27,152 bases of DNA from a virus. Its lineage: Duplodnaviria > Caudoviricetes. The translations under genes and the position numbers were made by a program. The stretch covers positions 1 through 27,152 of IMG/VR virus record IMGVR_UViG_3300044267_002011; one strand, given 5' to 3'. This document shows, one piece after another, positions 18,037 through 26,379 of this stretch; within the stretch, counting starts at the first letter, position 1; each line of letters begins with the position of its first letter. The notes under the pieces are model-generated. The model made no database searches. It was not told the origin of the DNA and saw only the letters and a program-made list of their open reading frames with translations.

Positions 18037-20418
18037 TTACATTCCTGCATCTCCGGTAATATTATCATTACCTGATGATTCAAAACCTTTAAGTGGAATA
18101 CCCCCACTTTTTCTATCAATCATCTGTTTTTGATGAGCAGCCTGCATATCCACCCTTTGATCTCTTCTATCTTCTCTCATTCCTTCAAGACGTGTAGATG
18201 TTTGCTGTTTCATCATTTCTATTTTAGAGTTTAGCTCAAACTCATAAGCCATCAATTGTTTTTTAGCTTCTACTTCAGCTTGTAAATATTGTACCTTTAG
18301 TTGATTTTTAGTTTGTTCTAATTGCGCATCAGCTTGTGCTATACCTTGCTTTTTTTGTACCTCTGCTTGCGCTGCGGATTGCTGTGCTTGTTGATTAGCT
18401 TGAGATTGTTGTTGTATATTTTGTTGCTGCATTTGCTGCTCTCTGTCCTGCTTTTTCTTTCTTTTTACTTTAAGCATTTGATTAGCTAATTTAACGTTTC
18501 TTATATTACGTAAATCAATAGCGTCATCTAAATCTATAGATTGCTGCTGTAAAGAAACTTGAATATTATTTTCAAGCATTTGTTTTTCTTCATCATCAGG
18601 CATTAACTCTATAAATATACCAAAATCGTGAAGATGTAGATTTTTCATTTCATCTAATGTAGCCACGTTATGAGCACCTAAAGCTCTAATAAAAGCATCT
18701 TTTGTTGGTGAGTATTCTATTATATCTGCTATACGTAGCGATAAACACTCAGCCACTTGAGCTGTTACATATAACATAGACTGTAGTACATGTCTAGTTG
18801 CTGTATTAGAATTTGCAGCAGCCATTTTTTGCACACCAACTAGAGCATTTCTATCTGGAGTACTAGCGTCTCTTGCTTCATTTAACCCGGTTACATCTCT
18901 TATCATTTGAAGATAATAATTATAAGTTTGAATTAAACTCTGTAATTTACCTCCATTGACACCATTGTTTATTTGTTGTATAGGTATTTTACCAGGATTC
19001 ATATCTCCTTCAGATGTAAAACTTCTACCAATAACACTACCAGTTTGGAAGAACATATTTAAAGCTTCCTGCGGATTATAATTTGTTCCATTACCTAAAT
19101 CTATTTCAGCTAAACCATCAGCATCTAAGTAAACACCATCAGGAACCATTCGCGACATCACTTGTTGTAACTTTAAATGAGTTAACTGTATCATATCAGC
19201 GAAACTTGTTATTCTACTAACTATAGATTCAATTCTACCCTCATACATTCTAGGTGCCACAATCTGATAGTTCATTTTAACTCTATTAAAATCAGAATCT
19301 GTTCTCATCATATTTTCAGCCATCTTCCACTTAAGTATTTTATCAGCACCTATAATATAAACACCTTCATATAAAGTTTCTACAACTCTTTCTAATCTTT
19401 CAAAATTTCCATCCATACTTTCTACTGGAGGATTAAAAGTATCATCTTTTTCTATAGTTTTTTCTGCACCACTTCCTAACTTTTTTAATTTAAAAACGTT
19501 ATTCATGTGTGTTTTATAATTGAAGTAAAGTACTTGTACTTTATTTTTATCTTCACCCATATTGTAATTATACGGATAGTGACGTTTATCTGATATACTC
19601 TTTATATCGCTTTCAGTTAAATCTGGAAACTGCTTAACTAATTCGTTAATAGGTATTTCTTTTACTTCGCCAATATAATAAATATCATCAAAATAAGGAG
19701 AATCGGTATGAGAATAAATAACATTAGCTGGATCCACATACTCAACTTTAGCTCCGTCAGAAAAACTAAAAGTTGTTTTTGTAGTACCAATACCAAGTAC
19801 AGTTAAATCGTAAAGAACCCTTCTTCTAATTAAGTCATAATCACTGCCTTCTAATAAAACATTTAAAGCTTGTTCTTCAGCTAATTCAACTGCTTGCTTG
19901 TAATCTAATTGCATATGAAGTTGTAACTCTTCTTCTGAATCAGGTAGTTTTTCAGGATCGTTCTCTTTCATATCAATATCATACTGCTCTTGTACTATTT
20001 TATCAAAATTTTTAGCACGCATATCACGTAGTAAAGATTCCATATATTCTGTTCTTTTACTAACGCCGTATTCATCTTGTGAAAAACAATTTATTTGATA
20101 ACTTCTTTGCGCCATTCCGTTAACAACTATATCAACAAACTTAGGTATAATTGGAACAGGTTTCCAATCTAAGTTAAGATAAGATAAATCACCATTAATA
20201 GATAATTCATTTTTATATTTTTGTATAGGTTGCTCTCCTCTAGCGTACAATCTTAATGTGTGGAAATTATTTTTATAATTATTATACTTTGATGTAGTTT
20301 CTGAAAACCACTCATGTCTTATTGCTCTTGCTACTTTTAAGCCATATTCCTCACTTAGCTTTTCTAAATCGCTTACGGCTTGTGATGGAAAATTTACAGA
20401 ATGTTGGGCTAATTTCAT
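18037..20418 (-). CDS. Portal protein
   Basis: 793 aa directly after TerL (ATGA overlap); LRLYARGEQ, SYLNLDWKPVPIIPKFVDIVVNG, IRDVTGLNEARD; long Gln-rich C-terminal coiled coil like a podovirus portal barrel. Confidence 0.88.
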   Translation of the reverse strand: MKLAQHSVNFPSQAVSDLEKLSEEYGLKVARAIRHEWFSETTSKYNNYKNNFHTLRLYARGEQPIQKYKNELSINGDLSYLNLDWKPVPIIPKFVDIVVNGMAQRSYQINCFSQDEYGVSKRTEYMESLLRDMRAKNFDKIVQEQYDIDMKENDPEKLPDSEEELQLHMQLDYKQAVELAEEQALNVLLEGSDYDLIRRRVLYDLTVLGIGTTKTTFSFSDGAKVEYVDPANVIYSHTDSPYFDDIYYIGEVKEIPINELVKQFPDLTESDIKSISDKRHYPYNYNMGEDKNKVQVLYFNYKTHMNNVFKLKKLGSGAEKTIEKDDTFNPPVESMDGNFERLERVVETLYEGVYIIGADKILKWKMAENMMRTDSDFNRVKMNYQIVAPRMYEGRIESIVSRITSFADMIQLTHLKLQQVMSRMVPDGVYLDADGLAEIDLGNGTNYNPQEALNMFFQTGSVIGRSFTSEGDMNPGKIPIQQINNGVNGGKLQSLIQTYNYYLQMIRDVTGLNEARDASTPDRNALVGVQKMAAANSNTATRHVLQSMLYVTAQVAECLSLRIADIIEYSPTKDAFIRALGAHNVATLDEMKNLHLHDFGIFIELMPDDEEKQMLENNIQVSLQQQSIDLDDAIDLRNIRNVKLANQMLKVKRKKKQDREQQMQQQNIQQQSQANQQAQQSAAQAEVQKKQGIAQADAQLEQTKNQLKVQYLQAEVEAKKQLMAYEFELNSKIEMMKQQTSTRLEGMREDRRDQRVDMQAAHQKQMIDRKSGGIPLKGFESSGNDNITGDAGM
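18058..18073 (-). promoter_or_regulatory. Degenerate third copy of the candidate promoter inside the portal 3' end (AGGTAATGATAATATT)
   Basis: 13/16 match to ATGTAATTATAATATA; 55 nt upstream of the scaffold ATG. Confidence 0.4.
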
Positions 20419-22652
20419 ATTTTATTTTTAATTATATGTGATGAAAATCCTTTATTATTATATTTAGCTATATTTAAATTTAATGGTGTTTTCTCTCTAT
20501 TTGGATTAGGTTTATATAAATGTCTATTGCAAGCCATTATGGCTAATCCGGTACTTATTGAAGCGTCATGTTTAGTTCTTTTATTTATATCAAACTTAGA
20601 CCAATCATTTAAGGTTTCGTTAAAATACATAGTACCGTAAGTACCGTCTTGTAGTAAACCCACATGATCGTTGATATACATTTCAATAGCTGCGGCATGC
20701 GCTTGCTTTATGTCTTCACTGGAATTTGGTATGCCACCAACTTCCTTTTCTGCTATAGATAATTTATTCCAAACTTTATCTGGTCTATTCATACTAAAAC
20801 CTCTATAACCTCTTCTTCTTAAATAGTATAATAATCTTGGTTTATTATTCTCAGCAAGTATTGGCATACCGTAAAATACTAATGCCATTAAAACGTCTTC
20901 AAAAAATATTTCAGCTGTTTGCGGTCTTGCTATATATTCTAAAAAGAAAGTATTAGCTGGGGCGTCTTCCATTGAAAACTTAGTTAAACCATGCAGAGCA
21001 CCTTTTGATCCTTTATTATCTACTGTTCCAGATATATCATATGAGTCACAACCAAATGCGCCCATGTGTTCATTGCCTGGATACTTAACACCATTCTTTA
21101 ATATAACGTTATTTTGTAACTTAAATCCTGGTACCCAACTGACTTTAAATCTACCATTTGGATCTGGGTTAAATGCAACTTGTGTATCTTTTTTACCATT
21201 TAGCCACTGAAAATTACCAGGTGTTATTACTGAAGAATTTCTATTTCCTTCATTATAATCTATTTGTTCGTATATTTTTATAAGATTAAATAAACTATTT
21301 TTAGTCTCATCTCTAAATGCGTGTTCTTCAGTTCTAGGAAATTGACGGTAAAATTCATTTAAACCATCTTGATCGTCTTTAAGGCCATCTGCTTCATTCT
21401 CCCAATGATCTATAACACCTTGATCAATTTCTATTCCTTGTGGATCAAACGTTTGTTCTTTAGGAGTGCTAAATACAGGTCGTCCATATTCATCGATGAA
21501 ACCCTCGTAATTCCATTCCATAGGAATAAACAAAGAATATAATCCTGACTTAGTCTGTCCATTACGGTTTCGTTTTGTAACATCTGAATTGTTATATAAG
21601 TTTTTAAAATTATCACCTCCTTTATCTAATGCGTTAGAAGTAGATCCCATCATACACTTACCAACTATTCTACTACCTAATCGTAAACAAGTTTTTGTAA
21701 CTCTCCAGTTATTTTTTATATTATCAGGTCTCTCCCATTTACCACTTTCATCGTGTACTAATAGATTTAATTTTTCCCCATCATAACTATTGTCTCCAGT
21801 ATTTTTCCAATCTATTGTAGTATCAAGACCTTGTATGTCATCTATCTCTTCTCTTTCACGAATTTTTTTACGAGTAAACTTTTTTGCAGGTACTCTATAA
21901 GCGAGCTCGGACTTTGGTCGGTCCATACCGTCCTGTATTGGTTTGAAGAAGAATGGATAATTAATACTAATAGGTACTACTTTGTCTGTAAACATTTTCT
22001 TTGCATCAGCACCAGTCTTAGATAATATACCAAATCTACTATCACTAGCCAATGTAGCTAAATTAACAGTTTCAGCTGAACTCATAAATGAAAAACCAGA
22101 ACGTCTATTTTTTAAATAACACATTCCGTAACTTCTTTTATCCGCCTTACAAGCTTCCCAAAATACAAAGAATAATCTATTTGCTTCTCTATAATCTGGA
22201 GCCCCAACATCTATCTTACTCCACTGTAAATACATATAATGTGTACCAGTTATATAAGTTGGTTTACCATTATTCATAAACCAAAAACCCTCTTCCCTTC
22301 TTTTAAATTCTTCGTCTATATATTCATAGTGATTTTGTTTAAAATCATCAGGATAAGTTTGCCAATCAAATACAGTTTTAATTCTTTTAAAAGCTGGATT
22401 AGGTAGAAATTTTTTCCATTTCTGTTTTGATTTTTCTTTATCGCAACTATATACTTCTTTAGGTTGTTTAGGTAAAGCTATTTTTAGTCCTTGTATATTT
22501 AGTATTTCACCAATTTGCCCAGTTTTAGATATTACAACAATATCATTTTCTTTATTATAACCGTATTCCCACTTTTTAGATTTATTTAATCTTTTTAAAG
22601 TGTTAAGCTTTACTGGTTCAATTACTTTGTAAAGTTCTTGCTCGTAACTCAT
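20415..22652 (-). CDS. terL: Terminase large subunit
   Basis: 745 aa; Walker A-like KNRRSGFS, Walker B LLVHDESG, coupling-motif-like MGSTSN, C-terminal RNase H-like acidic motifs (FGCDSYD, LAENN, KHDASIS); adjacent to the portal. Confidence 0.9.
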   Translation of the reverse strand: MSYEQELYKVIEPVKLNTLKRLNKSKKWEYGYNKENDIVVISKTGQIGEILNIQGLKIALPKQPKEVYSCDKEKSKQKWKKFLPNPAFKRIKTVFDWQTYPDDFKQNHYEYIDEEFKRREEGFWFMNNGKPTYITGTHYMYLQWSKIDVGAPDYREANRLFFVFWEACKADKRSYGMCYLKNRRSGFSFMSSAETVNLATLASDSRFGILSKTGADAKKMFTDKVVPISINYPFFFKPIQDGMDRPKSELAYRVPAKKFTRKKIREREEIDDIQGLDTTIDWKNTGDNSYDGEKLNLLVHDESGKWERPDNIKNNWRVTKTCLRLGSRIVGKCMMGSTSNALDKGGDNFKNLYNNSDVTKRNRNGQTKSGLYSLFIPMEWNYEGFIDEYGRPVFSTPKEQTFDPQGIEIDQGVIDHWENEADGLKDDQDGLNEFYRQFPRTEEHAFRDETKNSLFNLIKIYEQIDYNEGNRNSSVITPGNFQWLNGKKDTQVAFNPDPNGRFKVSWVPGFKLQNNVILKNGVKYPGNEHMGAFGCDSYDISGTVDNKGSKGALHGLTKFSMEDAPANTFFLEYIARPQTAEIFFEDVLMALVFYGMPILAENNKPRLLYYLRRRGYRGFSMNRPDKVWNKLSIAEKEVGGIPNSSEDIKQAHAAAIEMYINDHVGLLQDGTYGTMYFNETLNDWSKFDINKRTKHDASISTGLAIMACNRHLYKPNPNREKTPLNLNIAKYNNKGFSSHIIKNKI

Positions 22653-22921
22653 TTTGATCTACCTTCTGCGAAGCCTTTAAATTTAACCTCTTTTTTATTT
22701 TCAACTTTTCCTTCTAACAAAGCTTCTTCTTCGTGTATACGATTTAAAATTTCAAACGCATCGAATATAGCTAGCTTTTTAGTTGCTGCTGCGTTTTTTA
22801 ATCTATCAGCTGAAACGTCATCACCTGAATCTACAATAGCTTCTTTAGCTACTTTAATTAATTCTTCAACCGCTTTGTGCCCAGCTTGGATTATATTCTT
22901 CTTCGTTTCCTTGATATTCAT
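22649..22921 (-). CDS. Probable terminase small subunit
   Basis: 90-aa helical protein overlapping the TerL start (ATGA); assigned by size and position only. Confidence 0.5.
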   Translation of the reverse strand: MNIKETKKNIIQAGHKAVEELIKVAKEAIVDSGDDVSADRLKNAAATKKLAIFDAFEILNRIHEEEALLEGKVENKKEVKFKGFAEGRSK

Positions 22922-23453
22922 ATTTAATTGTAATAAATTTATTTAATACTCTGTATAATCTTTTGTTTTCAATTATAAATTCGTATTCACTATTAGGTGT
23001 AAAACCTACTAAATCCCCTATATTAAATGTACCATCTGTATACTTTATTATACCAACTAATGGTTTTTCAGTATCATTAGTTATTTTATTGTCAGATTTT
23101 ATAGGTTGAACAAAGCTATAACCTGGCATAGTCATCCAGTCTTTTTTCTTGTATAAAAATATTTGATCCGGAGATATAAAATATTTATCTTCTTTCCAAT
23201 ATGATCTGCTATTTCTTTCTTCACCTTTAACATCATGCCATCTTCTAAAAACATTGTGGTGTAATATTATCTCACTTCCCTTTTTAACAGGTGTATCAAA
23301 TAATACTGGAGTCTCTAATACTAATGCTAATCTGTTTATAAATTGATGATTAAATATTTCAGTATTAAGTATTAAATCTTTACCACCAACTTTTTTAGAA
23401 TTATTATATCTCTCACCTATAGGTGATACTATAAAATCTTTATAAGCTTTCAT
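22866..23453 (-). CDS. GroES-like co-chaperonin with two tandem GroES-like halves
   Basis: 195 aa; each half follows the GroES pattern (FIVSP...ALVLETP...VKKGSEIIL; PGYSFVQPI...GIIKY...IGDLVGF...EFIIENKRLYRV...I). Confidence 0.6.
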   Translation of the reverse strand: MKAYKDFIVSPIGERYNNSKKVGGKDLILNTEIFNHQFINRLALVLETPVLFDTPVKKGSEIILHHNVFRRWHDVKGEERNSRSYWKEDKYFISPDQIFLYKKKDWMTMPGYSFVQPIKSDNKITNDTEKPLVGIIKYTDGTFNIGDLVGFTPNSEYEFIIENKRLYRVLNKFITIKYEYQGNEEEYNPSWAQSG

Positions 23454-23677
23454 TAGTATTCTAAATTATACTCAACTGATATAGCCATATTTTTGTTAAA
23501 ATCTTTCCAAGGTATAACAGTGTTTCCTTTTCTAATATAAATACAATATTTATCTTCCTCTTCTATTATATCACAGATTTTATGCCCGCCGTAAACCTCT
23601 TGATCTACGGCGTAGTGCATTGAATCATTTTTATAATCTTTACCTATAGTAATTTTTCTGATGATATTATTTTTCAT
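23453..23677 (-). CDS. Conserved hypothetical phage protein
   Basis: 74 aa (IRKITIGKDYKNDSMHY...PWKDFNKNMAISVEYNLEY); TAATG-coupled to the GroES-like gene. Confidence 0.7.
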   Translation of the reverse strand: MKNNIIRKITIGKDYKNDSMHYAVDQEVYGGHKICDIIEEEDKYCIYIRKGNTVIPWKDFNKNMAISVEYNLEY

Positions 23678-23948
23678 CTTTACTTTCTTTAGGCCAATTA
23701 ATTGTTCCGTCGTTTATGTTTACATCAAAAGTACCGTATTCTTTAACTAACATTTCTTGTAGTTTTTTTATACCTCCTTGTGCTCCATCTAAATCGTGTA
23801 GCAACTGATGTTTTTGCGATTCAATTTTACCTATATTAAATTGTATTGCATTTATAGTGTTAACTACTTTTTGTAAGTCATCTAAATGCTTATCTGATAT
23901 TTTATCAACCTTAGGTTTAAGGTCAATCACTTTTTCTTTTTTTCCCAT
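23667..23948 (-). CDS. Small coiled-coil protein
   Basis: 93 aa; long heptad helix followed by an EYGTFDVNINDGTI hairpin; AT-rich leader. Confidence 0.7.
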   Translation of the reverse strand: MGKKEKVIDLKPKVDKISDKHLDDLQKVVNTINAIQFNIGKIESQKHQLLHDLDGAQGGIKKLQEMLVKEYGTFDVNINDGTINWPKESKDEK

Positions 23949-23973
23949 TTTATTTAATTTAATTTAATTTATT

Positions 23974-24837
23974 TTAACTTATATTGTGTTTGTTTTTTAA
24001 ATAACTTTCCACAAGAGATATTTCTGTATCGCTCATAGCTTCGTTAAATACAAGTATTTCGTAGAATTTTCCATTAAACCCGAATAGCGCAGACGTTGTT
24101 GCTCCTACAACAAATTTATTTAAACTATTATTAGCTGTTAAATCCATTGTGTTGCTATAAGACGCGGCGTTAGTAATACCGTTACTAGTATTGCCATCTC
24201 TGTAAGCGCTGCATGCGCTAGTAGAATCTAATTCTAAAGTCCAAAGTTGTTTATTTGTAGTAGAGTCTTGAGTTGTATCATTTGTATTAGCAGCTCTACC
24301 CGGACCATTATATGTGTAAAGTTCAAAATGATTATCATCTGATTCTAATCTAAGTGATATTAAATTACCACTGGAATCATTTAGCTCTATAATTCTTTCA
24401 TCAGATGATACACTAGCACTATCTGGTTTTAATACCGCAAATATAGTAACGGCATCCATATCTACTGAGCTAATCGTAAGTTTATTAGTATCAATTGGTC
24501 CGTTACTAGGATCACTATATAATACGCTACCTCCTGTAAAATCAACACATTTATTTGTTTCGTCCCAGTGTGGCTTTCTAGCTGCATCATCATGTTGAGC
24601 CAAATAGTGACCAAGACATGATTTTTTATTATCTCTAAAAGCGTCTAGCGTAAAAGCTAAATTATTAACACGCTCTATATCATCACCATCTGTTGGGTGT
24701 GTTGTACCCTCTATGTCGGTAAACACTTGGTTTTTATCCGTAAAGTCCCACCATCCTATTATATTTGATGCTACTCTAGGTATAGCACTTTTATCATTTG
24801 CTCTAGAGCGGCTTAAATTATTTGATAAACCTAACAT
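23974..24837 (-). CDS. Concanavalin A/LamG-like lectin-fold protein (possible head or tail fibre component)
   Basis: 287 aa; GWWDFTD near the start, TIFAVLKP, FVVGA...FNGKFYEILVFNEAMSDTEISLVESYLKNKH at the end, typical of LamG-like jelly-roll domains. Confidence 0.7.
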   Translation of the reverse strand: MLGLSNNLSRSRANDKSAIPRVASNIIGWWDFTDKNQVFTDIEGTTHPTDGDDIERVNNLAFTLDAFRDNKKSCLGHYLAQHDDAARKPHWDETNKCVDFTGGSVLYSDPSNGPIDTNKLTISSVDMDAVTIFAVLKPDSASVSSDERIIELNDSSGNLISLRLESDDNHFELYTYNGPGRAANTNDTTQDSTTNKQLWTLELDSTSACSAYRDGNTSNGITNAASYSNTMDLTANNSLNKFVVGATTSALFGFNGKFYEILVFNEAMSDTEISLVESYLKNKHNIS

Positions 24838-25505
24838 TATTTACCAAAATAAGCTACAAGGTAATGGTTTGTTTGTGGTGTAACACTAGCCCATCTACCA
24901 AATATAGTCGTATTAGCTAATATCGGACAAGCATCTAAAACATTATTTCCAGCGCCATGATATTCGTCTAAAAATATTAAAGCTTGACTATCTGGTGACA
25001 ATCCAGAAAAAGAAGTATTACCATGTGCTTCTAATGTTATATTAGCACCATCAATTGATTTTACTTTTACACCTTGTTGATTAGGTCCATTATATATAGG
25101 TGTTGGAGTTTGAGCATCGTGTGTTATAGCTGGATTACCGTCTGTCTGAGCCGTATCATTTACCATTATAACAAATTGGCCTGGTTTTACTTTTGCATTA
25201 GCACCAGCAGTTAGTACTACTGGATTAATATCACTACCAGCATTATCATTTAAAGCAAGTGTTACGACACCACTACTGTTAGAACCATAAGGATCTGCAA
25301 GTAAAGTTACGTTACCAGTAGATACAAATGGAAAATTAGGCCCTTGCTCATCTAATCTTTCAGGCGTTAGTTCTTGAAGTATTTGAGCGTGAATAGTTGT
25401 AATAGCTATTATAACATGATCTTTTGGCGGTACTATTTTATCGCGTGATATAGCACTACCTAGTTGTCCGAAGTTATAAGCAACTTCTGTTGAATTTATT
25501 CCCAT
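24837..25505 (-). CDS. Putative virion accessory protein
   Basis: 222 aa, beta-rich; termini YNFGQLGS and TTIFGRWASV...LVAYFGK; TAATG-coupled to the LamG gene. Confidence 0.55.
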   Translation of the reverse strand: MGINSTEVAYNFGQLGSAISRDKIVPPKDHVIIAITTIHAQILQELTPERLDEQGPNFPFVSTGNVTLLADPYGSNSSGVVTLALNDNAGSDINPVVLTAGANAKVKPGQFVIMVNDTAQTDGNPAITHDAQTPTPIYNGPNQQGVKVKSIDGANITLEAHGNTSFSGLSPDSQALIFLDEYHGAGNNVLDACPILANTTIFGRWASVTPQTNHYLVAYFGK

Positions 25506-25507
25506 AA

Positions 25508-25936
25508 TTATTTATTATTATTTTGTTGTTGTTCATTTTTCTTTGACGATCCGCCGAAAAAGAAATCGACAACCGTATTTACTTTAGCACTCATAGCACC
25601 GAATATTGTTGATATAAAGCTTATTTCAAACTCCCCCATTTCGATATCTCCCATTACGAAGTATCTAAACATCATAAAACTTAATCCAAAGTATGCTGCT
25701 GTGAAGAGTGTGGCAAGTATTTTTTGAATAAACGCATCGTCTTTATACATATCTCTAGCGCTTTTTCTGTCTTCAACTTCCTTCGCGAAAGCTTCTTTTT
25801 CGGCCTCGAGTAAAACCCTTTTAATTGCGAGTTTTGCCTCATCACGCTCTTTGTCTGTTGTAATAACTTTGTCAAGTATTCCTTCTGCATTATCTACTAT
25901 TTTGCCGAATAAGCCACCTACTAAATTTTTCATCAT
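25508..25936 (-). CDS. Holin (GTA 3TM holin-like)
   Basis: 142 aa; amphipathic N-terminus, ILDKVITTDKER, EVEDRKSAR, two hydrophobic segments and terminal FFFGGSS. Confidence 0.7.
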   Translation of the reverse strand: MMKNLVGGLFGKIVDNAEGILDKVITTDKERDEAKLAIKRVLLEAEKEAFAKEVEDRKSARDMYKDDAFIQKILATLFTAAYFGLSFMMFRYFVMGDIEMGEFEISFISTIFGAMSAKVNTVVDFFFGGSSKKNEQQQNNNK

Positions 25937-26373
25937 CTTTCATTATCTTTTATCATATCATCGATAGACTTATTCATGACCTTATCGGTGTATGATTGGT
26001 TAGTAAAAAACACACTCTTTTCCGAAGTAGGTATATCTTCTTCCCCTAAAAGTATACGATATATTCTACTTATTAAGTGTGAACACTTAAAGGAGGTTTT
26101 GAATACTGAGTATTTGATGGTTGTTCTATTCCTGTGTCTCCAGGCTTCTATCCAACCATTCCTCCTTAATTTTTCCCAACGGTTCTTATCCCAACTCATT
26201 GTGTAAGTACCGTCGATAAATTCTTGACGCGTAAATCTTCCTTTACAGTCTAAGTAAATAAGAAGCTCTAAATCAGCGTCAGTCAACCCGTAAGTTTTAC
26301 AGGCCCATTTTCTAACGAGCCTGTAATACTTAAGGATTTGTAAATCACGTAAATCGTGACTAGTTAATCTCAT
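25933..26373 (-). CDS. Conserved basic protein, winged-helix (MarR-like) DNA-binding fold inferred
   Basis: 146 aa; YGLTDADLELLIYL...FTRQEF...RWEKLRRNGWI pattern fits MarR-type wHTH. Confidence 0.5.
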   Translation of the reverse strand: MRLTSHDLRDLQILKYYRLVRKWACKTYGLTDADLELLIYLDCKGRFTRQEFIDGTYTMSWDKNRWEKLRRNGWIEAWRHRNRTTIKYSVFKTSFKCSHLISRIYRILLGEEDIPTSEKSVFFTNQSYTDKVMNKSIDDMIKDNER

Positions 26374-26379
26374 TCAAGA

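Noticed and set aside
18120-18480. Gln-rich low-complexity region of the portal as a novel element
   Set aside because: Consistent with the known C-terminal coiled-coil barrel of podovirus portals such as P22.
21431-21616. 61-aa alternative-frame minus ORF inside terL
   Set aside because: Fully nested and featureless; no support for expression.
20415-22652. Intein or intron in the long terminase
   Set aside because: No intein splice-junction or LAGLIDADG motifs seen; ATPase and nuclease motifs are contiguous, and the extra length is N-terminal.
23974-24837. Diversity-generating retroelement target
   Set aside because: No reverse transcriptase or template/variable repeat pair noticed in the window.
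25681-25890. 69-aa alternative-frame ORF inside the holin, considered as an embedded spanin or antiholin
   Set aside because: No signal peptide, lipobox Cys or transmembrane segment.
25928-25936. Holin dual-start motif (Met-Met-Lys)
   Set aside because: No charged residue between the two Met codons as in lambda S; the first ATG is explained by the ATGA overlap.
555-26206. All plus-strand ORFs in the track (e.g. 555-749, 733-918, 983-1183, 6205-6585, 11421-11714, 15789-16004, 22638-22946, 25976-26206)
   Set aside because: Short antisense shadows of long minus-strand genes, with no recognisable motifs.
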